Origin: Guillardia theta CCMP2712
Lineage: Eukaryota > Protista > Cryptophyta
DNA: 55,007 nucleotides
Direction: 5' to 3'
Assembly: GCF_000315625.1 (NCBI RefSeq)
Contig: NW_005434620.1
Location: 431,156 to 486,162 of the forward strand
Part shown: piece by piece, positions 1 to 21,400 of the stretch
How positions within the stretch are numbered: the stretch's first letter is position 1
Layout of the letters: the number at the start of each line of letters is the position of its first letter
Notes under the pieces: generated by a model
Databases searched by the model: none
Seen by the model: only the letters and a program-made list of their open reading frames with translations
What the model was told of the DNA's origin: nothing
Program-made: the position numbers and the translations under genes

Positions 1-3533
<3,533 letters not shown>

Positions 3534-4024
3534 CTGCCTCTGTTAAGATCCAAACATGTCAGGGCAGTAAGCAACAGGTTCAGGAAAACAATAGCGGGTT
3601 GTCTTGCAATATATCAAAGAAGGAGCGAAATTGGCATGGGAGATCATTACAAGCACATACAGTCACCAGCAGAGGAAATACACAAATGATCGCAAAACAT
3701 CGAACGTGAAGTGAGATGTCAGTATAGCAGCGACACCGAAAACAAGCAATCCTTAGCGACCAGTCATTTCCTTTCGTGGTTGAGGTGTACAACATATCAC
3801 GAATCAATAGCACAAGGAAGATTACGAAAGGATGCTTCAGTCAGACATCGTCAAGGAGAAGGAGGAAGAGGAAGAGGAAGAGGAGAAGTAGTTGGGAAGA
3901 AGGAGGGGAGCAGGAGGGGAGCAGGAGGGGGGCAGGAGGAGGATCGCCATTGTAACGGTGGTCTTGAGGTACAGGCCGGGGTATGGGGGAAGTCAGGGGT
4001 ATGCCAGGTGAGATCGATGCCATG

Positions 4025-5005
4025 AATTAGGGTAGGGGTAGTAGTTCTCCTCAGGACCGGTCATTTTATGATAAAAATGTATGAAAATAGAGGGTTATAG
4101 TATGAAGGGTAGTCGAGAAAGGGGGTGGTGGATGAAAGGGTGGGGTGGAGGCTATTGGTTTCCTTTGGGAACGGCTGAGGCAGGCTCATCTCCATGGAGC
4201 GACGGTATAACGGTAAATAACCGTTTGCTGGAGGATCTCTGCAACGGTGTAACGGGCTGACGACTGAGAGAGTACCGGTACTGAAGACAATCGGTCTCAT
4301 ATGACATAGGGTGGGTATATACCCACCCCTACCTCGGACTGAAAGTAAATAGGGTTCTGGACCCCACCCCAGGGAGATCATCACATGTTCTAGAGACTTC
4401 CCCTAGACCGCACCCACCCCCTCTCACCACCTACCCCCTTAATTCCATGGTTTTACAACATCCTTTGTCTGTACCCCTCCTGTGCCAAGGTGAGTTGTGC
4501 TCTCTCATTTGCGGGGGTGGGGTAGGAGATCCTGGGTAATTCAATTTTACTCACCAAAATTTAATTAATGAACATAGTTGGGCAGCAAGTGTATCATCTT
4601 ATATGGTTCCTGTATCCACCAAACAAAATTAAGTTGCTGTCCTTCCAAAACATAACGAAGGGTGGTGTCAGCACAAATAAGCGCACAGCTAGGGTAGGGT
4701 TCTTTGCCATGGACTAGGGTAGGTGTCGAAGCAAGGAATTGCATAGGGTCTGCTTCAAACTGGGTGAAATTTAAGGGGTAGGTAGTACAGAATCACTGGT
4801 ATATATTACCAATATTGCAACGGAGAAAGACAGGTAGGGTATCTAGTATTGTGGGTAGGGGTAAATTTCGAACGGGTGGTGCTGACAAAGTAGGGTCTTG
4901 TTGGATGAAACGGGGTGCTCTTGATTTGAAAGAGGGGACGTAGGGGGTGGGTTGGGAAGTGGGGGTGGTGGAATGGGGGTGAGGAGGTGGGGGTGGGGGT
5001 TATTG
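4025..5005. promoter_or_regulatory. Divergent-promoter island rich in GGGT(A/G)/(C/T)ACCC motifs, with an AACGG cluster
   Basis: Many gggtagggg/acccaccc motifs between two head-to-head genes; five AACGG/CCGTT in 4170-4255. Confidence 0.55.
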
Positions 5006-5025
5006 GGTTGCAAGGACGCGCGGAG

Positions 5026-7838
<2,813 letters not shown>

Positions 7839-7962
7839 GGCGGAGGAAGGGACGGATGTAAGCAGGGAGTGAAGTTAGGAGATCGATACCCACATGTAGT
7901 TGTGGCTAATGCCAGCAGCGTGTTTTCAAAGTTTGCGATTGAAAGTTGAAGATTTCAACGAG

Positions 7963-10900
7963 TCATCGGAAGTACTTGTAGTTGAGAGTGAGATCGGCTC
8001 CAAGCCTGGCCCTCTCAATCAGCTTGAGGGTCCCGCTAGATAGCTCAGGGTCAGCGGGAGGACGAGGCTGAAAGGGGCCAGTACCTGTTCTTGGGTATGT
8101 GCATCCTATCCATCTTGGCAACGATCTCCTCGACTTCCTTGTGATCGACGCAGCTAGGGAGCAGCATGAGAGAGGCCAGGAGGGAGACAGGTCGAGTTAC
8201 CATCGCAGCGCCGCGTTCATCATCACCGTGTCTGGCATGAGGCCATGGCTTTCTGCAAGGTCAAGGAGCCCCAAGCCAACCTGAGCAAGTAGAGTGAATG
8301 AGAGAAGGAGGGAGGAAGGGTGGAAAGAGGAGGGAGCAGACGTACTTGGTTCCTTCCGACAGCTCCGAAGGCATCCATCATAGCTGCATACGCAACCTGC
8401 ACAGCAGGAGCTCAGGTTCAACTCTCGTCAGCCTCCATCCTGTCACCGTCGTCCTCTTGCTCATCCTTAGGTTCCTGAAAACCACCCATGCCCGCTGAAC
8501 CGCATTGACACGCTGGGGAGTGACCATCCTGGAGGACGAGTCAGCACATCTGCTGCCCTCCAAGAGCACGCCTGCCTCATTCCCCCTGTCAGACGAGCAC
8601 AATGGCAGAAGTAGGTGATGGTGTAGGCATCAGGCGTGTATCCCCTTGCCTCGATCGCTTCCAGAACTGCTTCTGCCTCCTCAAACTTCGCCTTCCTCCA
8701 TGCTAAGAAGCCGCTCATGGCCTGCAGTAAAGTAAGAAGGGAAGCGAGTCGAGCAATCCTGACCTCCATCAGCACGTTATAGGTGACCAGCGAGGGTTTA
8801 ATGCCCTCCTGCTGCATCTGATACATCACCAGCTCTGCCTCCCTCACGTCCACCTTGCCGACTTTGGCTTGTACGGCGATGATCTGATAAAAGTTGAGAG
8901 GTTCAAAGAGAGCGAGCGACAGAAAAGAGCAGGAGAGGGAGCGAGCGACAGGAAGATGGGAAGGATGGTTAAGAAACCGCGCGAGCTTGAGACTGAGGTT
9001 ATCAGGAGAAATGATGAAGGTTGGACTAGGGCAGAGATTGGCAACGAGGAGGAAGAAGAGGGAGAAGACTAGGGAAGGTGAGGAAGAGGAAGGTAATCGA
9101 GTGGAAGGTGGGATAGGAGGAGGAGGAGGAGGAGGAGGTGGTGGTGGTGGTGGACTGCAAGAGTCGTCATTTCACCTCCAGGAACTTGGTGTAAGTGATG
9201 ATGTCCGGGGAGATGCTCAACCTCCTCATCTCAAAGATGAAATCTTCAGCATCCCGAATGCTCGCAGCGTTGGACTTGGCCAGGGCAGTAACACAGCAGA
9301 GGGCACTGTAGTGAGGTTCAGAGAGGGAAGAGGGGAGGAGGTAGAGGCGACCTGTTGAAAGTGACAACGTCCATGGCAATGCTCTTGCTCTTCATCTCCC
9401 GGAAGATCTCCCGGACGTCTTTGATGGTGATGGAAGGAGCGTCCTTATTGAGACGGCTGCGGCTCGCTATGCGGCTCATGATCTCGAAGAGGGAGTTGCA
9501 GGTGTAGGTGTTCATGGTCAGCCCAGCATCGTCGATCGTCTTCAGCACATATCTCACGTCCTTCATCGCTGCCTTGTCGTGGTATATTGCTCCAGCAATC
9601 GCAAACAGGATGAGGTTGTAAGACTGAATGTCACACACTGCCCCGAGCTTGTTGGCTTCTTGAACTACCGTCCAGATCTCTTCTACCTTCAGTTTGCCAC
9701 GTGAAGAAAGACTTCCAACAAACATCAGAAGAGAGTTCAATGATGCTGTATCCGGCATAATTCCGATAGAGCGCATCTCATCCAACCACATCAACGATTG
9801 ACTCCCGTTGTAGTCTACCCCGTTCTTGCAAGCTTGGGCAGCAGAGTAGAACAGAGTATTGAAAGACACAAGATCACGCTTCACTTCAAACTCTTTCATC
9901 ACTTGGAATATTTCGTCGATCTCTCGAAGACTCTGCGTCGCAGGAACCAGATTCTTCTTCTTTCTTATGGTGCTCTTGAGGTCAGCCGAGTCGAAAGAAA
10001 TCTTCATCAGAGTATTAAACGAAATGACATCAGGCTGAATTTCGATCAGCTTCATTCTCTTGACAAGCTCCATTGAGCTGTTAAACGTCACGATTCCCAG
10101 CTGGCTTAGAGTGCTGTATGCGCTCAAGGCAGTGTTGAACGTGACGACATCGGGCTTGACCTCATTGCTCTGCATGTGCTCCATAACCTTCTGGATGTAA
10201 GTGAACTCCAAGGAAGCAGCTGTCTCGTTGCCTTCCAAGCCTCGGATCCTGTTGGCAACAACCAGCATTGCAGAGTTGTACAAGACGGTCTGGCTACGAA
10301 CTGATACTCGAGTCCGTTTCACGCTATAGAACTCATCCAACATCTTGATAGCATCCTCCCCGCAGGCCTTGCCCTCACTTGCAAGCTCGGCCAAGAACTG
10401 AGCCAACGAGATCCAAGTTCCTACCTTCAGCTTCACTCCTGCAGAGGCTGCTCTTCTCCGAAAGGCCTCCAACTCGTTGGAACCGACTGGATTGTCCTGA
10501 GCTTTGTTCGACATGATCTTGAAAAACAAGTCGAAGGTGGACGCGTCCGGCGGCACTCCCTGCGCGGCCATCTCTCCCAGGATCCTCTCCCCATCGTAAA
10601 TCTTGCAGCAACCTTGCTTCCTCAACTCCACAATGACTGCCAGGAGCAAATGATAGAACTTGTGGGAGCAGAACAGGCGTCGGCTGGAAGCAAGCTGCAA
10701 GAGCTGATCCACATGCGACAAACTTCCTTGCTCCTTCTGCGCTATCTGAACATACCAGGTCGCCAGTGACTCCAGCGCTTCTTTCTGCTCAAGGATAGAC
10801 CAAGAACGCTGAGATTGCACGAAGATGCTTATGGCCTCGTCGAAGTTGCACTTCCCGCTCTTCATACAGGAGCCCAGGTCCTTCAGGTAGCTGCAGCATT

Positions 10901-11387
10901 CGATCGCTTGCTGGGGGGCGCTGAGGAGGATGACCCCTTTGGAGCTGTGCCCTGGAGAGAGCGATCGGATCACCAGCCTGTCGGATGAGTGTGTCCTGAA
11001 CGGGAGCCTTACATTGAGATGGGCATAGAATCTTCCTTTAACGTCCATGGGGCACTGCCTCGTAACTCGTGGAGAGTGCAGCGGCTTCCTCCGAAGATCG
11101 GGGACCGTGGGAAGGAATATGAATGAGAGAGGCTGGGCAAAGGCGCACGAGCACGTCATGAAAGGAGGAAGCTGTGACCTGGTGGCGAGAGAAAGAATAA
11201 CTGGGGGGAAGGACAAGGAGTGCAAGGACGATAGAAATGATGATGATGATGATGACGATGATGACGATGATGACGATGATGATGAGATGGTGGTGGTGGT
11301 GGTGGAGGAGGAGGAGGAGGAGGAGGAGGGCAGCATTCCACCCCATATCGCCGCCACCGCCATGAAGAGTCTCATCAACTGTGCCAT
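7963..11387 (-). CDS. Pentatricopeptide repeat (PPR) protein, possibly plastid-targeted
   Basis: Repeated PPR motifs: KPDVVTFNTALSAY, QPDVISFNTLMK, MPDTASLNSLL, SPDIITYTKFLE, KPSLVTYNVLME, TPDAYTITYF. SCAFAQP motif near the N-terminus. Start and end are approximate. Confidence 0.88.
11238..11329. repeat. Compound (GAT)n(GGT)n(GGA)n microsatellite
   Basis: Directly visible near the PPR 5' end; either poly-Ser/Thr coding sequence or an intron. Confidence 0.9.
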
Positions 11388-11389
11388 CC

Positions 11390-11910
11390 CGACCCCAACA
11401 CAAAAACCCACCCCCCACCCCCCGATGCGGATGTTTTGATATACCCCAACACTGAGTTGGTAATAACGGTTTTGTAACTGTAAGTCAGCCGAAGCCCCGG
11501 GTCCGGGCCGGCCCCCGGGCCGGATCCCGGCCCGGGCCGGCGGCCGACACAGGCTGGGCCCGGGCGCGGCCGGGCCCGGCGTCCCCAAGTGACTCAGTCA
11601 CTGATCGCATGCCCCGGCATCACAATGATGTGCGCCGGGTGTCTGGATGTCACGGGGTGGTCGTGTCGGAGACTTCCGAGAAGCAGTACGAGGACAATCA
11701 GGATGTCGCACAGGCCAAACGGCGAGAAGAGAAAAGACAGCGAGAACCAAACCTAATCCTGCCGACTGCTGTCCCCCAAACTTAACTGATACCTCGGAGA
11801 GTGTATAACGGCAGCCGCCCCGGGAGTCATCCCCGCGGCGGCGGCGCACTCCGCCGGGCCAGCCTGGGACTGGGCCCCGGCCCGCCGGCCCGCCGGGCCA
11901 GGGCCTTTTC
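11390..11910. promoter_or_regulatory. Divergent-promoter island: ACCC tract, CCGG/GGCC-rich blocks and an AGTGACTCAGTCACT quasi-palindrome
   Basis: Very GC-rich ccgggcccggc blocks at 11490-11585 and 11815-11905; TGACTCA core at 11590-11596; lies between head-to-head genes. Confidence 0.5.
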
Positions 11911-11922
11911 AACCGCTTGTCA

Positions 11923-13662
11923 ATGTTCAGCACCCCTGCTGGAGGAATGGCGGCAGGAAATGTGCCGCGGAGGAGAAAGGGGGCAACTGAAGAAGAGGAG
12001 GAGCGAAGGGGAGACTGGCTGCTAAGAGAACCCAAGAACACTGAGTGGGTCCTCCGCTCTTTCAACAGGTTTCCTGCTGCCGTCCTCCTGCCATGCCAGG
12101 GAACTGACGTAACTGCAGGAGCAAGCCCTTCCAGTTCCAAGTGGCGAGCAGCCATAGAGCGCTGGGTTCATCGAGACTGTCACAGCCCGATAGCAAGTCA
12201 AACTTGACACAGTTCAGCGTAATGCCTGATACAGGCCTTCTATTCAGCAGGGAAGAAAAGTTGAAGTTTGCTAGTAGAATGTTGAACAGGCTGTTGAGCA
12301 ACAACAAGAAAGTCTACTCGCCGTCATCGAGTGATCGGGGGAACGAGCCACGGCTCTCGACCGAGCCGATGAGGAGGTCAAGCCTTGTGGAGAGCATCCA
12401 AAACAACATCGTTATCCAAGACTCTCTCTGCACTGCACGCGCAGCATTGACAAGTAGCAAGATAAGGTCCAGAGCCGACGTCAAGAGATACGAATCGCCT
12501 CAGCCGTCTCCCACACAAGACTTGTCTCAGATCGACGAACTACAGCCGAGCATCGCAAAAATGCGAACGGAGAACCATGAGCAGTCCGCTCAGTCACCCG
12601 GAATGTTCGAAGCTTCGCACCATGTGCTACGAGCGAGGACTGCAAACAAACCTGATGTAATCGGATGGATGTCATGACAGGAAACTGACACCACAGAACA
12701 GAAGAAAGAATCTTACATGGACAAACATTACCAAGATCGAAGGATGTATCAGGTCAAAACAGCTGAAGTGTTGGCTCTGTGATGCGACCTTGGCAGAACA
12801 AAATGTATACAGTCCTTGTCCAAGGATCAGAACAAGAAAACGAGATCATAGACGATGATGAAGAAGCTCATGACATCAACAATACAACGAACAAGTTGGT
12901 CAACGATCGATGGTGGTAAGGAGTTTCTGGTGAAATCCATTAAGAATCATTTTGAGATTTCTGTAGGGTTAGAAGCCGAAACGAGTCAAGAAACCATGGT
13001 CGAGCCCCGCGTACGCCATACACTCGTGTAGCAAGCCCGTTGTTGACTACAAACTCACAATCCAGCAAGTAAATTTCATTTGTTACTTTTGAATACTTGA
13101 TCTTTACAGATTTCTTGGCTCCCAGGTCCAATCAGCAGAAACCAAGATCTAACAGCGTTACAGTACTTCCATCAAAGGAATCCGATCAGGTTTGCTGATT
13201 TCATGTGTAAAAGGTCCGCTCTAACTGCACGCTTTTGATTTCTACAGCAGAGTTATCTTTGCAGTGAGTTTCACCCGGTGCTGAGTAGGCCTTCATTTGA
13301 ATATCCTTTGCAGATCCTTCACCGATTGTTCCTTTCACGGGCGGGAGCGATCGTCAGGCAATGGTTGCTTCACCTTGCCCGATCCGACAGGCATCACCGA
13401 CTGAGCTTGTCTCCAGGCTCTGTCGAACATCCACTGGTTGTCAGACAACGAGTTGTCTATAGACGACACGATGAAAACTCTGGAAGCCTCCCCCATCCAG
13501 ACCATCCTGCGCCATGAGGATTCTTTGAGCCCCTGGGGCTTGTCGAGGGGAACAGGCACTTCCTTTCAGTCTCTTCCAGTCTCGCTGATCGGTCACTACA
13601 GGGAGGTCACCGGCGGGTTCAAGTCTCAGCCGGACCCATCCAAGGAACAAACGCTGAGGTGA
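11923..13662 (+). CDS. Hypothetical protein (multi-exon, Ser/charged-rich)
   Basis: Chain of plus-strand ORFs (11917-12207, 12141-12677, 13438-13662) separated by short GT-AG intron-like segments; no recognisable domain. Confidence 0.5.
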
Positions 13663-13943
13663 AGGAAGACCGGGTGCAGGACAAGGTTGTTGGAGAAGGC
13701 GACTGAGGCAAAGACTGTAAATGTTCACGTGTGCATAGCAATAGTCTAGTGCATCTCTTATCCTCATTGGGGGGATCATCGATGTTTTGTCCATCACATG
13801 GTCATGCTGGATCGATCGATCGGAATCTCACATCCCGGTAGAAATGTCAGTTCACGTAAGATTGTACATCAGCTTCACTTGAGCCCTTGCCCCCCTCCCC
13901 CTTGTATGTTGCTAGGAGTACTTCAACATGCCGCATTCTGGTT

Positions 13944-14763
13944 TTAATCCTTACCCATAGAGCCTTTCTGCGGCACTTCAATGCACTTGGTCGGCATGTT
14001 TGGATACTGCTTCAAGCAAGCAGCAAGCTTGAAGGCTTGCATGTACCTTTCCTCCTCAGGACTCTGTGGAGAAGCGTCGAAGGACAAGTCAAGGGCTACG
14101 GCATCATCGATGTCTGCTCCTGCCCTCATTCGTTAGCAAAGCACGCCCTTTTCCCCCCCATCACAGCCGCACCTGCCGACACGAGCGCGTTGACGACTTG
14201 GCCCCAGCCATGCGCGGATGCAAAGTGGATGGGCTTGAAGCCGCTGGAGAGGGTCAAGAGGAGCGGGAAAAGACTTTCCTTCACCTCCTCGTCGCTGCGT
14301 TCACGTCTGCGCCATGCTCTATCAGCAGCTCCACACACCTGACGTCTCCTGAAGGAACAGTCAGCGAGCCTCCTCCGTAGGTACCGCTGCCTCCACCATA
14401 TCTCGCCGCATGATGCAAGGACGTGCATTGCAGGTCGGGATCCGCGTCGTCGACGGCTGCTCCATGAAGCAGAAGCATCTGCAGCATGTCGAAGTTCCCC
14501 TCCTGCGCAGCTGCTCGAAGTATCGCTCCCTTGTCCGCGTTCTGCCGCAGCTCATCTCAGCACACAGCAGCCCCCCTGGATCCTCTCACCTCCTCGTCAA
14601 CCTCCATCCCGCTCGATTCTGCCCCCCTGAAAAACTCTCCTCCTCCCCTCAAATCCATCGTGGACCTCCCGAACGCGACTGGGTATGATGCCCTGGCCGA
14701 TGGCGAGGGAACCAGCAGCAAGAGCAACAAGATGCCTATCGTCTCCCAGATCCGTTCTCTCAT
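13944..14763 (-). CDS. Ankyrin-repeat protein with N-terminal signal peptide and LRGG motif
   Basis: MRERIWETIGILLLLLLVPSPSARA signal, then MDLRGGG; ankyrin motifs LRAAAQEGNFDMLQMLLLHGAAVD, TSLHHAARYG, CVELLIEHGADVNA, GFKPIHFASAHGWGQVVNAL. Confidence 0.82.
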
Positions 14764-15261
14764 AGCTCAGTCCTCAACCTCATCCTCCCAGCATGGTGGC
14801 GGGTCCAAACATTGCAACACCCTTGCGAAATCCTTCCGTCAGATTCACAAAACTCTTCATCCCTTGGCTCAGCCATATCATGCACTGCTGCTCCCCACCT
14901 CAGCTCTCCTCTCTGCCCCCTGACCTGATTCTCCCCGCTGCTTTTTCTTCCCTGACTCCTTCATTCACCCCTCTTGTTCCGCCCCACGGCCTCACTCGCC
15001 TTCACTCCCCTTTCTCCCTCCTTGCTGTGTTCATCCTCCAGCCCCCCCCCCCAAACCCTCTCCTGCCTCCTCCTCTTCTTCTTGACCCCTCCTCTTCCTC
15101 CTCCTCCCCTCTCCTCTCCTCCCCTCTCCTCTCCTCTCCTCTCCTCTCCTCTCCTCTCCCTTCCTCACATTGGTGTCAGATCCTACCTCCTTGTCGGATC
15201 TTTCTTTTTTTTTTTCATTTCTTCTTCTTTTTTTTGTTCTTTTTTGGTTTGTGCTGTCGCA

Positions 15262-18425
<3,164 letters not shown>

Positions 18426-18445
18426 AGCTCGTTGCTCTTGTGTCC

Positions 18446-21400
18446 TCAGTCTTCGCTGGTCCACTGGTCTTGCACAAAGATCCGCCATGCCCGGAAGACC
18501 TCCGCTCGGTTGTTGTTGTTCCACATCGCGCTGATCCGCTTGCCGATCGTCTCATACGTGTAGTTGGTGAGGAACTTCCGTACGTCGTCCTCGATCCAGG
18601 AGGTGGAGAGGGAGTAGGGGATCGGGTTGTGCCCGCACCTCAGCCGCGTGAGTCCCGTCAGGTCTAAGAGGCTCTGGGGGATGTTGGTGAACTTGTTCTT
18701 AGACATGTCGAGCTCGCGAAGAGAAGTGAGGGAAGAGAAGGAGGGCGGCAACCTCATGATCAGGTTGTCCCGGAACCGCAGGGATCGGAGGTTGACCAGG
18801 CAGCCTATCGTGTCGGGCAGGAAGCAGAGGCCGTTCTTGTCCAGCTGCAGCTGTAGCAGGGGGGCGAGGTGGGGGTGGTCGAGCTGGAGGACAAGCTTCC
18901 CCATGTCCATCCCCGTCAGGTCCATCCTCCTGGTCTCGAAGCCCTCCCACACCCTCCTGAGGTACGATATGGTGCCTCGCAGCCCCCGCGAGTTGATGCT
19001 CTCGGGCGGGTCGATCAAGTCCTCGCACTCGAACATGTCCAGACTCTCCAGCGCCTCCAGCGCCCCGAGGGATGGCGGGAGGAAGCGGAGGGGGTTGGAG
19101 CTGACGTCCACTCGCTGCAAGGAGGCGAGGTCCCCCATGCGCCATGGTAGTTCGACGATGTGGTTGGCAGAGACGGTCAGGCGCCGCAGGCGAGCCAGGC
19201 CGCAGAGTTGATCGGGGATGGCGATGATGTCGTTAGCGTTGAGGGAGAGAGTCTTCAGCCCTGTGCACCTGCCGAGCTCACGGGGGAGGACGCGCAGGTT
19301 GTTGTTCTTCAAGCTGAGAAGGGTGAGGCAGCTGAGCTGGCTGATGGAGGGAGAGACGGACCGGAGGCGGTTGTCGCCGGCCTCCAACTTCTCCAGGGTA
19401 AACAGCTGGAAAATCATCTCCGGCAGCTCCCGCAGGTGGTTGTGCGACACGTTGACTCGAGTCAGGCTGTACCAGCCCGACACGTCCGGCAGCTCCTCCA
19501 GCACGTTGTAAGAGCACTCGAAGTCTCGCAGGCTCTTGAGCCCCAGCACCCCTTCGCTCCCTGCGCTCCCTCCGTCTGCCGCCAGCGACTGGATGTGGTT
19601 GACGTGGAGGTCAATGTAGGTGAGCAGCTGCAGGTTGCTGAAGGATGGGGGAATCTCGCTGACGTTGTTCCTCCCCAGCCCCAGCCATGTCAGGTTGCTC
19701 AGGGCCCCGACGCCCTCGTGGATTCTGCTCAGGAGGTTCTCCGACAGATCCAGTTGAGTCAGGGCGGTCAAGACGCCGAGGGTGTCCGGCAGGAAGTCGA
19801 TCTTGTTCTCCTTGAGATCCAGCACGGTGAGGGAAGTGAAGGTGAAGACCTCCTGGGGGATGCTGGTGAGCTGAAGGTGCGTCAGGTTCAAACTTGGGAC
19901 GCTCATGCGCTGGTGGATCCGGTCGAAGAACTTACTCATGGCCTGCGTCCCGGACATCATGTGCTCGATGGGAATCGTGCGCAGGGTTGCCTTCTCCTGC
20001 GACAGCGGCACGAGCTCGATCGAGTTGAGATCGTCTTGCTGCACCGTCTGCAAAGACAAGGTCTGCTCTTCGTTGACAGAGAGACAACGGAGATTCTCCA
20101 GCTTCTTGACAGTCGTTGGGATGGACATGAACTGGTTGCCATCCAGAGACAAGGTAGTAAGGGAGGACAAGGAGCCTATCTCCGGAGGCATCGAGATCAG
20201 CAGGTTGTCTTTCAAGTGCAGTTCGATCAAGCTACAAAGGCTGTCACCATGAAGTTCAGCAACGTGAGATGGTTACCTCTTGAGACCTTTGACTTCAGGA
20301 GGGATAGTCGTCAGCCTGTTGCTGTTGACGTTGAAGTAGACGAGACTCTCCAGTCTCTTGATGGAGCTGGGAAGCCTGCTGAGAAGGTTCGAAGACAGGT
20401 CAAACCTCTCAAGGTTCCTCAGGTTCCCAAGTTCCACCGGCAGGGTCTCAAGGCGGTTGAAAGACATGTCAATCTCTTTCAGGGACACGCAATAACAGAC
20501 TGTGTTTGGCAGCAGCGAGATTGAATTGCAGGAGGCGATGAACTGATTCAACCCTGAGATCCTGAAGATTCCCTTAGGAAGCTCTCGGATGTTGTTCTGC
20601 GAGATCTTCATCCGCTTCATCTTGCTGCATCTTTCTATCTCAGGCGTGACGGTGTCGATGGTGTTGGACGACATGTCCAGCTCCTTCAGGTTGACCAGGT
20701 CGGCGATGTGCCGATCGATCGACACGATGCTGTTGTCCTTGAGAGCGAGGCGGGAGAGGGACGGAAAGCAGGTCAAGTCGTCGCCTTGTATGATCCTCTT
20801 CAGATCGTTTCCCGGGGCCTTCAGCAGGACCAAGTTGGAGAGCAGGCGGATGGTGGACGGCAGCTCCTGAACGTGATTCCCGGAGATCTCCAGAGCAGTG
20901 AGGACAGTAAGGTTCCACCAGTTGATGTTGAGAACCGTCAGGTTCATGTCGATCAGTACCAGGTCTCGACTTCGTTGTCCGTTGCGGACTCGTCGGAAAT
21001 AGGTGAAGACAGCGTCTCGACCTTGCTTCAAGATCTCGTTCGGCTGTGAGTTCAGGTCAGCAGCAGCCATCAGGGTCGATCGAGCCTCACCGGGTCTGTG
21101 ATGGCGTTGTTGTCCGCAGAGAGGAGGGTGAGGCTTGTCTCAAGAGCCTCTAGCTCGACCGGCAAGAAAACGATCTGATTGTTGGAGAAGTCCAGAGACT
21201 GCAGGCTTGTCATGAAGCCAACCTCTCTCGGCAGCTCCTGCAGCTGGTTGTACGATAAGTCCAGGTACTCCACCTCCTCCAGCGTCCCGATGTCTGGAGG
21301 GATACCGCGCAACGAGTTGTGGGAGAAGTCTATCCTCTTCAGACGCTTCAGCTCCCGGATGTCAGGGGGAGTGTCGACCAGGCTGTTGTACGCGCAGTCC

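Noticed and set aside
19160-20524. 454-aa plus-strand ORF (and similar ones at 31240-32139, 35412-36098, 46252-47082)
   Set aside because: Antisense shadows of GC3-rich real genes, with no motifs of their own.
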